A DNA stretch of 63,058 nt, counting the filler, from Hausera hauseri (taxonomy: Eukaryota): NCBI GenBank assembly GCA_046269625.1. It is 10 parts of 10 records of this genome, joined end to end, with 100 filler letters (N's around TTAATTAATTAA, not from the genome) between each part and the next. Parts side by side here need not be neighbours in the genome. Positions count along the whole stretch, not along the records: positions 13,803 to 20,737 come from JBJURY010050330.1; positions 20,838 to 27,372 come from JBJURY010089988.1; positions 27,473 to 32,656 come from JBJURY010314163.1; 7 more parts are not named here. The stretch is one strand, 5' to 3'. The notes below the pieces were generated by a model, which saw nothing but the letters and a program-made list of their open reading frames with translations, ran no database searches and was not told the origin of the DNA. Below are positions 16,713 through 30,489 of this stretch, in pieces. Numbering within the stretch: the stretch's first letter is position 1; every line of letters begins with the position of its first letter. The translations under genes were made by a program, and so were the position numbers.

Positions 16713-19700
16713 GCTTCCGGTGAAGGGGGGAGCTAAAGGAAGCTAAACGAGAAGTGAAATTTGAAAGAAAAAATGAGCTAAAGGAAGCAATTAATAGTAT
16801 AAATCGAGAAGAACATGAACCAGGTTGCCAAGCAGGCGTTAGACTACGAAAACGAAGTAAAGAGAAAACTGGGCAAGGTAGGAGAATAGTGAGAACCCAA
16901 CAGTACAATACAAGATATGATAACTACAAGGAAAATCGAGAAGCGAGACTTGAAAGAAAAAGAGAACACAATGAAGCAAACCACAGTAGAAACGGAAAAC
17001 AAGAACACACACAAAGCAGAAGAACGGTAAAGATGCGACAACCTAATGTAAGACAACATAGTCGGAAAAGGTACGAGAATGAACACACCACACCGCTAAG
17101 AAGGGGAACTAGATATGAAACACGATTTATAAGGAAAAGAGACCCAAGTGAAATAAATCCTAGAACAAGAATTGGACAACGAAACAGCCGAAGAAGATGT
17201 ATGAACCAAGATAGATACGGAACCAACTTTGAAACGAGAAGAGAAAAACCCAAAAGGATAAGTCGAAACTTGAACACCAGAAGTGATAGACACTGGCTGA
17301 GGACCAACCAACCAAATCAGCAAAAGATAAGAAGAACAATTAGTCAAGATATGCAACTACGCCGAAATCAGAACAGCCAGCGACAAAACCAAGAATCAGA
17401 ACCTATGGAAATAGACGAAACCGAGAAAAAAAGATGTGTAGTGAAAGAACCAAAACACAAACCCCAAAAGCAAGTCCATCCCATTCCCGAACACAAGAAC
17501 GAAGTTAACACCCATCACCCACATCCCAGAGAACAACGACCCTATCCCAACCAACGAAGAGAAACAGTTACAAGAAGGAAACCACCGCGAATATCAGCCA
17601 GAAACGGAAACAACCAAGTAAGGGAGAAATCAAAGAAAATATACGAAATTAACTACACCGAAGACCCAAGCTCCTGCATCGTATACTTTGGGAAGGTTAG
17701 AGTGAGATGTCTTATAGATACCGGTGCCCATGTAAGCATCATAAGTGAAAGGATCTATAAAATGCTGAAAAAACCGAGTAGGTTAGTAAACCAAGACATC
17801 GACCTAAGATCAGTATCAGGGAGCGAATTGAAAGTATTAGGAAAAACGCAGTTAGAGTTCAAGATTGGCAAGAAAACGATGAAACATCACTTCTTGGTAA
17901 TCAAAAACATGTGCCGGAGCGCAATTATAGGTAGAGACTTTCTACAAAAGAACAACGCCCGCATTTATTTTGACCTGAAAAAGATAAGGATAGAAGATGA
18001 ATATGTAGATTTGGAAGACGACATCCACATAGCTTCAATAATACAGGTCAAGCAAAAGATTACCATGAAACCACATTCTCTGAACATAGTGATAGCGGCA
18101 ATGAAAGGAAACCAATATTGGGAAGAAGGAGAAAGCATACTGGTAACAGCATTAGAAGAAAAAGACATAATCGACGAGCCTGGATTACAATCCATATGTA
18201 GGATAGTGAAGTTAAACAGAAGAAAGGAGATACCAGTGATGGTGGCAAACCACACCGGAAAGACAATTACTTTGCAAAAAGGCTGCATTGTAGCGAAAGT
18301 GGAGAAACTGCAGACAACGAAATGTGAAACAATCGCTCGATATATGAAAAGCAACCAAAGAGAAAAGAAATTAGAAATAGAAACAGAAGAGAGATGACAA
18401 AGAAGAATACACAGAGACAAGGTGCTAAAGGAAATTAGAGATGGAGTGTGGAAACGGAAACAAAGCAAAACAGTAGCAGAAGTAACAAGAGATGATGAGA
18501 GAACCAGAAAACTACTAGAAACAATAAAAGTAGACTCAACACACAGAGAGAGAATAGAGAAGTTTGTTAGAAAACACCCCGATGTATTTGCACTATCAGA
18601 TATGGAACTCGGAAGAACGCAGACGGTCACGATGAGAATTGATACTGGTGACCATCCACCAATTAGTCTAAAACCATATCGAACACCACTTGGGAATCGA
18701 GAAATTGTGGAAAAAGCCATATTGCAGGCTGGAATTATCGAGAGGACCAGATCATCACCGATAGTTATCGTTCCAAAGAAAGATGGGAGTCATCTGTTTT
18801 GCGTCGACTATAGGGCACTGAACGCAATAACAGCCAATGTGAGTTATCCAATGCCCTTAATTGATGACATTCTGGGAGTACTAGACGGGACTACTTACTT
18901 CACCACATTAGACGCGAGGTCAGGGTTTTGGTGCATCCCGATGTCACCGGATGCGAAGATGAAGAGTGCATTCTGTACGCATACTGGATTGTATGCATGA
19001 ACGTCATGCCATTTGGGTTGAAAGGATCACCAGCGACCTATATGTCGCTAATGAACATCGTTCTATAAGGTATGCAACAGTACGCACTGGCCTACATCGA
19101 TGATATCCTTATCTTTACAAAGGGAGACATTGAAGATCACTTAGAACATGTCGAGAAGGTGTTTGACCGACTGAGAGAGCACAAAGTGAAACTCAAACTA
19201 AGTAAATGTGAATTTTTAAAAGAAGAAACGAAATATCTAGGATTTGTAATCAACAGACAAGGGGTACAACCAGATAAAGACAAAGTGACTGCGATACGAT
19301 CGATGGCAGCACTGAAATCTACAAAAGAAGTTAGAGAACATGCGGGTATTACCGTAGATTTATTCCCAACTTCTCGGTAATAGCGGAACCGCTGGTGGCG
19401 TTAACATGAAAATTCGCAAGGTTACGATGGGACGAAAACTGTCAAAAAGCTTTCGAGTATTTGAAGGAAAGTTTGACCATAGTGCCATTGCTGACCTATC
19501 CGAACGTTAACAAAGAATATGTGTTATACACAGACGCATCAGAATACGCGGTAGGAGCCGTATTAGCACAAGAAGACGGTACAGAAATCATCAAAGACAA
19601 AGAAGTACCCAGAGAGAAACCGATATACTTCTTATCACACAGGTTAACGAAGTCACAGAGGAAATGGTCAGTGACGGAGAAAGAAGCCTATGCAATTCAC

Positions 19701-20737
19701 TATGCCTTGCAGAAATTAAATTTTTATTTACATAACAGTAAATTTACCATCAAGACCGACCACATACCACTCAAGGCAATGCTAAGAGCTGACATGCAGA
19801 ACAAAAGAATACAGCCATGGATAATAAATTTACAGGGATACAATATGAATATTGAATATATTCCAGGCCGTGAAAACGCAATTGCTGACCTATTGTCATG
19901 AATACCGGACAAACACAGTGAGGAAGATAACCAGAGAGAAGAGATAGAAGAAGGTACACCGGAAATCGACGACCACACATTACAAATATCAGCAGTCGAT
20001 TCAACGGCAATGAAGGGTAACAAAACGGAAGAGTCAGAAACAGACAAAAGCGAGATAGACGAAAACAAAATAGATATGCGAGAAGAACAACAAAAAGATG
20101 AAGAATTACGTGGCATTATTGAAGACTTAAAATCAGGCATGGAAGAAAAATTGAAAAAGTGGAAAAGGTTTATGTTAGACAATGAAGAATTATATAGAAT
20201 TGGAGGAGAAGAGAAGAGAAATTTTCAGTTATGTGTACCACACCACATGAAACATATGGTGATACAACAGCATCACGATCAATTAGGACACCTCGGAAGA
20301 GATAGAACAGCAGAGCTAATAAGTAGGAAGTACTATTGGAAGAATATGTTACAAGAGATTGGAAATTATATTAAGAATTGTGAGATCTGCAAATTACGAA
20401 ACATGGAAATATTGAAACATCCGATCCAAGAACCAGACTATGCAAGGTTACCAATGGAAAAAGTAAGCCTAGATCTTTCCGGACCGCACCCATTAACAGC
20501 GTCGGGAAACAAACATATTCTACATATGGTAGACATATATAGTGGATGGCCAGAACTCTATGCCGTGCCAGATAAGACAGCTGAAAACATAATAAACATC
20601 TTGTTGGGAAAATTCATACTGCGATACGGATGCCCGAGAATAATTATAACTGACAACGGTCGCGAGTTTGTAAACAAGGCTATAAAAGACGCATTGAAAG
20701 AAATGAACATCAAACATGTGAGAACATCTGTGTATAA
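16685..20737 (+). pseudogene. pol: Gypsy element B pol (basic spacer, PR, RT, RH, IN) with multiple stops; cut by the gap
   Basis: LIDTGAHVSII; FCVDYRALN; YIDD; YTDASEYAVG; HHDQLGH..CEIC; SLDLSGP; ITDNGREF. Confidence 0.9.
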
Positions 20738-20837
20738 NNNNNNNNNNNNNNNNNNNNNNNNNNNNNNNNNNNNNNNNNNNNTTAATTAATTAANNNNNNN
20801 NNNNNNNNNNNNNNNNNNNNNNNNNNNNNNNNNNNNN

Positions 20838-21309
20838 AACCCTTGAACTTTCAACAAGACTTTTTTTTACCAATAAAATCTCTTGATTTATATTTTCTTC
20901 TGGCACGACTTTTATTCCGTAACGCGTTTACACGCTGAATATTCTTTTACTTTAATACACTAGTTTTCTTCTGATTACTTCACTTTAATATACTTATTTA
21001 ACAAATTCACTGATTCACTGAATCAGAACATCACAAGTCACGTATTTTAGTGGAAAAACTTCATTAGAAATATATTATGTCCGTCTTAATCGCTTGACGT
21101 TGGGAGACTGAGTGATTTTTTACCTTCAATTCAAAAATCGCTCACTAGTTTTCTGTTTAGATTTTTGTTCTAGTGGCTTCTATTTACATTTTTGTCGCCA
21201 TTTGCTTATCTTATATGGTCATTAACTTATTTCTACCTGCCTTTTCCTTTTATGGTCAATGTATGTGTTTATCTATTTGTAGCTTTCTCTAGTCAAACTA
21301 TTACAGACA
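20838..21309 (-). repeat. 3' LTR (partial) of Gypsy element C
   Basis: Minus-strand PPT AAAAAGGGGG (plus strand 21312-21321), then CT-TGTCTG. Confidence 0.5.
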
Positions 21310-22079
21310 AGCCCCCTTTTTAATAAAAAAGAACATTTTATCTGCCCTCCAGTAGACTAAATCTTTCTTTACATAATATCGTCGTCAGCCGTCTATGTTT
21401 AAACATAATCTTTGGTGCAGTTGCTATTGTAAACTGTACCATAATCAACGTGCTTTTGTTTTATAACTCTAAATGCTCGTCTGTGGAAACAAATACTTAT
21501 TTGCTTTTATCTCAGTCTTAGATTCTTAATTTAACTATTATGTCTCTCTTATTATTTTAACCTTGATTGAATCGTACTATTTCAACTCTCATTCATCTCA
21601 TTTATCCATCATGGACATCTGTAAGTGGATGTACATAGTCGCTGTGGGTTGATTTAACTGCTTTAAATCCCGCAGTTTCTCATTCATACTTATTTCATTC
21701 ATCCTTCCTCATTCGCGGGTTTGGTTTAGGTGATAAGTCTCCCAGTCCCTTCCAAAATAATGTAATACTGTTTTCTTATCTGTCTAAACAATACACAAAT
21801 TGTTTCTTTTCTTTATCTTATCTCTACTTTCTCATTATTATTATCTTTCCCAGGGATATATATATATATACAATTTTATATTTCTTGGACAGTCAGGTTA
21901 GGGTAATCTTTTTCCCAATATTCCTGAAATCTATCCTTGTGAGTTGCATTTATCTTCCATTTATCATCCGCACTTGAAATCTCCTCTTAGGAATATCCTT
22001 CCCCATTTCTTTTCGTCAATTTGGCAACCATAAAATTATTTGTCCATATGGTCAACTGAATATATTTGTTAATATTTGT

Positions 22080-22958
22080 GCTAAACTCAGCATGAACTGT
22101 GACATCGTTGTCAACAACTGTTCATTCTTTCGTCTCCTCTAATTTCTTCAACTTCTATATTCTCATCTTGAATGTCTGCTTCTGCAACTTCTTTGAACTT
22201 CTGTTTGTTCCGTGTTGCTAATTTCTCTTCTCCTTTTGCGTTCTGACTACTGCGATTGTGTTTCGCTTCATTTCCATTGTTAATTATCTTCGCTAGCTGC
22301 TTCCGTAGTTTGGTGATTATTCCTGTTTTCGTAACATTTTCTTCTTCTATTTCTCTCTCGTTTGTTTCTCCATTTCTTTCATAGTTTCTTCTTATTCTTT
22401 TAGTCGGCTTTGTAGTTCATTTACTTTCCCTTCGAGTTTTCTCTTAGATTCTATTAAATCTTCAATTATTTGCTTTATGTCTTGCATTTTTTCATCTTTC
22501 TTCTTCCCCACGTTTTGGACTTCTTGTATTTTTGTTTCAATTGCTGTTTTCATTGCTTCTTGTCTCTTTCTTACTTCTTCTGCCTTTAGATACTTAATGC
22601 ATTTCTTTCTTATTGCTGCTTGTCTTGTAATTTTCTTTCGTGGTTCTTCTTCCGTAGTCGTTCCTGAATCTCTGAGTGTTTTTAACCTTCTCGCCATCTG
22701 ATCCATTTCTGACGATTCGGTATCCGCATCTTCAGCTAGTGTATCTGAGGTATCTTCTTTGGCTTCTTGTCTTTGATCTTCTTGCGTTTCTTGGTAATCG
22801 CCGTCATCTTCTTGTTCTCTTAATCTTCTCTCTCTTTCTTGCAATCGTCTTTTTCTTTCCATAAGGGGAAGATCACTGTCATCAGATGAGTTGCTCAAGC
22901 AGTTTCTTCGCCGTTTCAATTGATCTGCTCTTGCCTGTGTTGTTTGCATCTCTTTCAA
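22080..22958 (-). pseudogene. Charged coiled-coil extension/ORF downstream of IN in element C
   Basis: 188-aa E/K/R/Q-rich ORF; similar composition continues past its stop. Confidence 0.45.
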
Positions 22959-23003
22959 CTTCTGTATCTGCTCTTATACTAGGTGTTATCTGTGGTAGAT
23001 GTA

Positions 23004-26000
23004 CTAGCTCATATCGTGTGTCATTTTCTTCTGTTTTTTCTGTTTCACTTGTGCTTTGTTCTCTAATGCTTCTGTGTCTATTATCTCTGGTCTTACTACA
23101 TAATTAGACGTTCTTGCATTTCCTTCCGGTGGAGGTTCTTCTGGGAATGATCGATCATCTCTTCTTAGATGGTCTGTTGTTGCCTTTGCCTGTTGTCCTG
23201 TACTTTGATTCTTGATGAGGTAAGATATTGGTCCTCCTTTTTCTGCAATTGTGTACTCAGTTATCCACCTGTTCATCTTAGAATTTCTGTGGTGTTTCCT
23301 ATAGCATACTTTGTCTCCTATCTGGAATTCTTGTGATACTGTCTTCAAATCACTTCTTTCTTTCCTCTTTTGAAAAGATTTTCTTACATTCCTGCTGACC
23401 TTAACTGTTATTTCATGTAGTTTTTGTAGTAAATATTTATGAAATTCTTCTCCATGATATTTGTACCTTGGTTTCAGGAGGTTATCTAGTGGTAATATCG
23501 GTTCTCTTCCAAAGACCATTTCATAGGGTGAATATTTTCTGCTTCCATTTTCCATAATTCTAATAGACATGTCTGCTTGGTTCAGATACAGGTCCCATTC
23601 TTTAGATTGATCTTGTACATATTTTGCTATGATGTCATATAGTATCTTATGCTGTCTTTCATTAACACCGTTGGCTCCCGGGTTGTAGTAGGATGTTTTT
23701 ATATGTTTGATATTGAGTTCCTTTAATGTTTCTTGCATTGCTTTATTGACGAACTCTTTTCCATTGTCTGTAATTATTACTTTCGGGCATCCATATCTCG
23801 GGATAAACTGTTGTAGCTTTGTTGGGTATGCCGTATAGCTCTGGCCAACAGCTATAAATATCAACAATATGTAAGATGTACTCATTCCCTGATGCGGTCA
23901 GCGGGTGAGGTCCTGATAGGTCTAGGCTGATTCTCTCAAATGGAAAGTTTGCATGATTGGGTTCTTGCATAGGGTGTTTCAGAATTTCCATATTCCTGAG
24001 TTTGCATATATGACAGTTCACTACATACTGTGCTATATCTTTCGCCATGTTATCCCAGTAGTATTTTCTGGATATCATCGAATGCGTTCTGTCTCGACCT
24101 AATTGCCCTGTTTTATCATAATACTGGTTTAGTACTGTATTCTTCTAGTGATTTGGTATGCATTGCTGGAATTCACCTTGGGTGTTAATTCTGTATAGTT
24201 CCTCATCTTCCAGAATGTATTTCTTCCACTTCTGTCGTTTCTCTTCACTGTCAGACTGTAAATCGGATATGATTGGCTTGAGCTGTGCATCTTTTTGTTG
24301 TTCAGTTTTCATATCTAATATATCTTCTTCGCTTTTCTCCGTTTCTGAGGTGTATTCCATTTCACTTGACTTCTTATCTGTAGAGTTGATGAGAGATATT
24401 TGTAAAGTGTGATCGTCTATCTCAGGTGTTCCTTCTTTTCCTTCGGTATCTGTTGTTTCACTTGGTCTATCTGGCATTCTTGAAAGTAAATCTCTTACTG
24501 TATTCTCTTTTCCTGGAATATATTCTATATTCATGTCATAACCTTGGAGGTTAAGTATCCAGGGTTGGATTCTTCTATTCTGGACATCTGCTTTCATGAG
24601 TGCTTTGAGTGGCATGTCGTCTGTCTTTATTACAAACTTGCTATTGTGTAGATAGAAGTGTAGTTTTTGTAGTGCATAGTGAATAGCGTATGCTTCTTTT
24701 TCTACCACTGCCCATTTCTTCTGAGACTTTGTAAGGCGGTGTGATAAGAAGTACATCGGTTTTTCTCTCACTACTGTCTTCCCTTTTACTACTTCTTCTC
24801 CATCTTCTTGAGCTAAAACCGCACCGATAGCATAGTTTGAGGCGTCCGTGTACAAAGTGTATTCCTTGTTGGTGTTAGGGTAAGCCAACAATGGAACAAC
24901 TGTTAGACTTTCCTTTAGATACTCAAATGCTGTTTGGCACTTCTCATCCAATTTAAATCTGGCAAACGTCTGTGTTAAGGACACTAGTGGTTTGGCTATG
25001 GCTGAAAAGTTCGGTATGAATCTTCTATAATAGCCGCAGGTGGCTAAAAATCCTCTTACTTCTCTGGTGTTCTTCGGGCTTGCCATCAACATAATAGCAG
25101 ATACTTTTTCATTATCTGGTCGTATGCCATTGCGAGTGATGATAAATCCCAGATATTTCGTTTCGGTCTTTAGAAATTCACATTTACTCAGTTTGAGTTT
25201 GACTTCATGTTTTCTCATTCTTTGAAATACTTCTTCGACTTTCTGTAGATGATCTTCAATATCTTCTTTGGTGAATATCAAGACGTCGTCAATATACGCT
25301 AGAGCAAAGCTTTGCATTCCTTCCAGTACTCTGTTCATAAGTGCCATATACGTTGCTGGTGATCCTTTCAGACCGAACGGCATCACGTTCCATGCGTATA
25401 CCCCATTATGTGTGCAAAAGGCAGTTTTCTGTTTAGCCTCTGGTGACATGGGTATACACCAGAATCCGAATCTAGCATCCAATGTTGTAAAGTATGTAGC
25501 ACCATCGAGTGTACCTAATGTATCATCAATAAGTGGCATAGGGTAGCTTATATTCGATGTTATCTCGTTGAGAGCCCTATAATCTACACAAAATCGATGG
25601 CTTCCATCTTTCTTTGATACAATTACTACGGGAAATGACCATTCCGATCTTGTTCTCTCTATGATACCCGCTTGTAACTTTTCTTCTATCGCCTTCTCTG
25701 TTATTTCACGATTTCCCAATGGTGTTCTGTATGGCTTCAAGCTTATGGGTTTATGTTCTCCAGTATCTATCTTCATCGTTACTGTTTGTGTTCTACCCAG
25801 CTCCATATCTGATAATGTAAATACGTCAGCATGTTTCCTTACGATATTTTCTATTCTTTCTTTATGTGTTATATCCACTTTCAGTGTCTCTAATAATTTT
25901 TATACTCTGTCTTCCTCTGGAACTACTTCTGCTACTATCTGTCTTTTCTTCTTCCATATACCTTCTCTTATCTCCTGCAAAACCTTTTTTCTGTGTTTCT

Positions 26001-26265
26001 GTCGTTGCTCTATTTCGTTTTCATGTTCTGTTACATCTTGTCTTTTGTTCGTATTGTTGCTTTCTTCCGTTTCTTTTTCTGTCATCACTTCAGCTGTTCG
26101 TTCGTTCTTTCTTTCTGTTTTAGCGATTATGCACCCTATGTCTTTGCATCTCTTGTACATCTCTTCCATGTTCAAGCCTTGTATCTCTGTGTCTTTCATG
26201 TTCTCTTCGTTGGGTTGTAAATCTGTATTGGTCAACTTCCATGGGTTCATCGGTTCTTCTTTCAT
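23004..26265 (-). pseudogene. pol: Gypsy element C pol (RT-RH-IN), protease missing
   Basis: RFCVDYRALN, YIDD, YTDASNYAIG, SLDLSGP, ITDNGKEF, GVNERQH; closely similar to element B. Confidence 0.9.
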
Positions 26266-27106
26266 GTCTATCTTTTCCTAATCTCATATGTATTCGCTTT
26301 GTAAAATTTTCTTCATCTACTGTTGTTTGAATGGCATCTTGAATAGTTCGTGGTTCATCTTTCATCAGGTTTATTTTGGTTCTAGTGCTTCTTAGACCAT
26401 CTGTAAATATGGGGACCAGTAGTTTGCTAATCTCTGTTGCCATAATATCTTGATCTGCATATGCTAATTCTGCGATGTTTAGCATTCTTTCAGCATATAA
26501 TTGTGTTGACTCTTCATTTTCTTGTCTTATCTTTCTCAGTGCATCAATAGCATAATGTGAGTCTATGACTTCTGCATATCTATTAGACAGGGTTTTCTTA
26601 AATTCTTCCCATGGTTCATCAGGATGTGATGTAAATCTTCGTCGGATGAAATCATTTACTAACGCCTCTGATCTAAGATATGTCAGCTCTTTTTTCTCCT
26701 GTTTTGTCGACTTGAAAAGGTAAGCATATTTCTCGATTTGACCTAACCAAGTCTTGAATATCTTGGGGTCATTGCCATTAAATGCTTGTATAAAAGATCT
26801 CACATTTTGATGCTTATTGTTCAGATCAACTTTCGACACCATTGCTTCGATTTTATCCAGTGCTTTCGTAACAGGGTCAAGTTTACCCAAACTTGACTTG
26901 CTCGATTTTGTTTCTCTTACAGGGGTTTGCCCTCCCATTTGTAAACTTTCTACTAATCTTCTCATTTCTTCATATGCCATTTTCATTTCAGCATACTCTG
27001 TTGTCATTTGCTCCAATTGTTGTTGAGAAATTGCAACCATTTTCTCTCCTGTTACTGAACGTGGGGATGCCATCTTCATGTCTATTAGTTTAAATATCTC
27101 TTCCAA
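26120..27106 (-). pseudogene. gag: Gypsy element C gag (capsid region; nucleocapsid absent)
   Basis: Aligns with element B gag (MVAISQQQL, KALDKIE, FKTWLGQIEKY, EPMEVDQYR). Confidence 0.85.
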
Positions 27107-27474
27107 AAAGTTTTCTCATATACCGTACAATCAGTCTAATATAATGTATTCAAGTCAGTCTGACCATACATTAGTGTAAAATTCATCAAATCTAACATAA
27201 TATATTTATGTCAATCTGACCATACACTTTTCTATAAACTCATTATGTCTTGCTTGCCTTTCTATTCAGCTTCAGGTTTGTAAGGTCATGGGACCATTAA
27301 TAAATATATACATATATGTGTGACACTTTTACTTCTTATGTGCTCCCCTATAATATTCTACAATATTCTTTTNNNNNNNNNNNNNNNNNNNNNNNNNNNN
27401 NNNNNNNNNNNNNNNNTTAATTAATTAANNNNNNNNNNNNNNNNNNNNNNNNNNNNNNNNNNNNNNNNNNNNGC

Positions 27475-27556
27475 TCGTTCGTTCGTTTGTTCGTTCGTTC
27501 GTTCGTTCGTTCGTTCGTTCGTTCGTTCGTTCGTTAGTTCGTTAGTTCGTTCGTTT
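27475..27556. repeat. (GTTC)n microsatellite
   Basis: About 20 tandem tetramers with a few variants. Confidence 0.95.
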
Positions 27557-27689
27557 GTTTTTTAAAAAGTCATGTGTGAATTTTATTTTGTACGACGAAC
27601 TCATAATTGAGTACTTTTACTATTACTACTATTCACAAGGAGAATGATTGTGACATATCATATTATTTCTCGTGATTTGTTCACTCTTT

Positions 27690-28120
27690 GGTACACAAAA
27701 CAACAACCATAAAATAATACAGATATATTTCACAAAAGTTATTGTAATTTAAGCCACAATAAGCAGTAATATCCACATAGTATAGTCATTGGATGTTGTT
27801 TATGAACTCCATTATATTCAACACAGTATGATTATGATGATGATGATGATGATGATGATACTTGTCGTTCAATTTGAAAAACTAATGATGACAGATAGTA
27901 AAATCTGAGCGAATCGAATACTCTGACGACGTTAGTCGGATGGACGTACACAACAATCCAATGTTCGCCCGGCAACGATGAAATTTGTGTATTGACAATA
28001 AAGCTACCAGTTTGTCGTAAATCACGTGGCACAAAGTCCAGTGGAAACACACCACGAAATTTCACGTCAAACAGCAGTTTTCCGTAGTGACTGATCTCGA
28101 TAGAGCTAAATGTGAATTAA
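27690..28120 (-). pseudogene. Polinton adenain-like cysteine protease
   Basis: FRGVFPLD..FIVNT...PGEHW..FDS; downstream Q..LCGYYC. Confidence 0.85.
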
Positions 28121-28228
28121 GTATAATATTAATAGTAATAAATTACTTCATAGTACGAAGAAGAAGAATGACGGTGAGACACAGCGGATTTTATTTATTT
28201 ATACAATGACGGTTCTGTTTTTTGTTAT

Positions 28229-29001
28229 TTAAACCTCGGCATCAAATACACCGTAAATGTACATTACGGTAGATTGCTCCAAAACTTTAGCAAAGTGAAC
28301 CTCCAGTCAGAGGTTTCCCAGCTGATGTAGTTGTATATGCTTCATGTCATAGTCCTGAGCCAGGACCAAGGTGAAGAATGGGTAGGTGGACTTGAACAAA
28401 TCCATCGATATGCCATTGTTTACATTTTTGTTCAGGAAACCCATGTTGCAAACGATAGATTTTATATATGTGCAAGCGTAATCGCTGGTCTCGAAATCCT
28501 ACTTGTATGTCTTAACGAAATCCGCATTTCGACCAAATCTGATGTAATACACATTGCTATGGATAAACGTTTCCGAATCGGTTGTATAACTACCCGTTTG
28601 TTGAACAGTTGTTTGAAATGTAACGAGCACAAATTTCGTCAATCGCAAGTCGCCAAACAGTGCATCTTTGTAAAATGTAGTTGAACCTTTGGGTGTGGTG
28701 TAAAAGACGAGTTCTGTGCGTTGTATCGGGTAAGAGGCATTTTATGTTTCCAAGCCCAATCGATGTCAGATGAGCAGAGATGGTTCTACCTTTACACGAC
28801 GTACGTATAATCAGGCCTCGGTAACGATGGTTTTCAAACAAGACATTATCAGTGCGTTTGAGTCGAATCATGGATTAGACATCTGGCAGTAGGTATTTCG
28901 GCTGATCGAAAAAGTCAAAGTACTTAAAATGCCGCATTGTCAATAATAACTTGTGGCGCCGCTTTGTCAAATATACACAATTCATATTTTGAAGATGCCA
29001 T
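28229..29001 (-). pseudogene. Polinton major capsid protein, internally deleted
   Basis: N-terminal KYELCIFDKAAPQVII; QPKYLLPDV..IRLKR; C-terminal LEVHFAKVL..YGVFDAEV. Confidence 0.7.
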
Positions 29002-29009
29002 TTGTCTGT

Positions 29010-29375
29010 CTGTCTGCCAATCGAAAATCGTACGACGACGACGTTTGTTTATAGTTGATAATCTCGATGATGCTCTACGGTGTTTTTACAAGCCACTGCC
29101 AGCGAATTGTTTTTTGACAGTTTTAACGACTCTCGGTGTAGAGCTTTTTATTTCTGGCAAGGCGTGTTTCTTCAATGATGGTAAAATTGATTTTTTTCAT
29201 ACAGTACATCCTGCGTGGTTTTTGTTGCCACGGCCCCAATACGCTTCAACACCGGAAATGCTAAACGTGCCAATGTGCCAACCATTTAGAGCCGCACTGT
29301 TTACCAACGAAATACAGCAGTTCACCGCCCTGCTGGGGTTTACTGGAAATGTAAACGATTTCGGAATCAATCACG
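29010..29375 (-). pseudogene. Polinton small core-like protein (Q-x-G-x-G motif family)
   Basis: QQGGELLYFVGKQCGSKWL; basic C-terminus. Confidence 0.5.
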
Positions 29376-30430
29376 TTTTTGTTTTTGTTGTTGTTGGATT
29401 CGACGGAAATGGAGAGTTAGACTGGCTGTGGTACCGTATGGAAATTCAATAAGGTAGCCCGCGTTACGTCGGATATTCACTTCAACATTGTTTATAGATG
29501 TAGATGTCACAGGTAGGTCCATTGGATTATCAAGCTTGACAGTGCCATTGTCACCACCTAGTATATTTGCTGCTTTCCGGATAAATTGCACGGAATAGTG
29601 GTACACGTACTCCACTAATTAAAATCGGTTCGGTGACTTTTACGTAAATGTACATTTGACTTAGTCCCGTTTTCAGTTTGTGTTTAAGTATTGCAACATG
29701 TGCCTCCGCTGCCGCCGTCGATGACTCAAACTGCTTTACTTTAAAACCCAATACCATGGCCAAGGCTTTGCCCAATGAAATATCGACAATATCCTTAGCC
29801 ATTTCAAATTTAGTGTAGCTATTTGCATCTGACTCGAAAACTTTAAATATCGCCGTGTGCTTTTGATTTGAAGAAGAATAGTGTTGACAGAGATGTGCTC
29901 CAGATTCGCAATAGACATTGTCTCCAATCGATACGTATGACATTGACATCCTTTCTGTTGTATAGGTAAATTACACCAACTACATATCCACTTTTAATAT
30001 GTTTACCTTTGTACTCTGTATTTTTGGATCCAAATTTTTGCGCCATCTCACAGGACTCAAAGGTAACATTAAATTCCAAATCGGCCATAAAATGTAAGTA
30101 TTGATCTAAAAGAAAAACACCGATCTTGCAGTGTAAATCGTAATTTGCTTCGGACGTGCAAATAGCTCATTCTCCTACCGTTATTTTGTTGATAGTAAAT
30201 GTCAGAGGATAAGAATGTGTTTTGCTTTCAGTAACAGTCTTGTTGTACGTTATTTTTATATTACCTTTTAATGTCACCGGTGCGTAGGGAAAGTTGAATT
30301 CAGTCAGTGAAGCCTCCCATTGTCCAGATAATTCCAAAGGATTGTTCCAATCTACAACGTATTCACTGGCGGAATTGTTCGGACGAGTTGTTGGACAACT
30401 CTTGCTCGGCAACACCATGTAAATACTCAT
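29367..30430 (-). pseudogene. Polinton minor capsid (penton) protein B
   Basis: YMVLPSKSC..NNSASEY..LELSGQWEASLTEF; MYIYVKVTEPILISG..PLFRAI; IEFPYG..LTLHFRR. Confidence 0.8.
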
Positions 30431-30489
30431 ATTTGCGCTAATGATGACGATGATTTTGACGATAACGCAGTTTGTTTATTATCGACGTT

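Noticed and set aside
17965-18720. Long antisense ORFs over pol genes (also 25661-26281, 4423-4824 and others)
   Set aside because: Shadow ORFs of A-rich coding strands with no independent motifs
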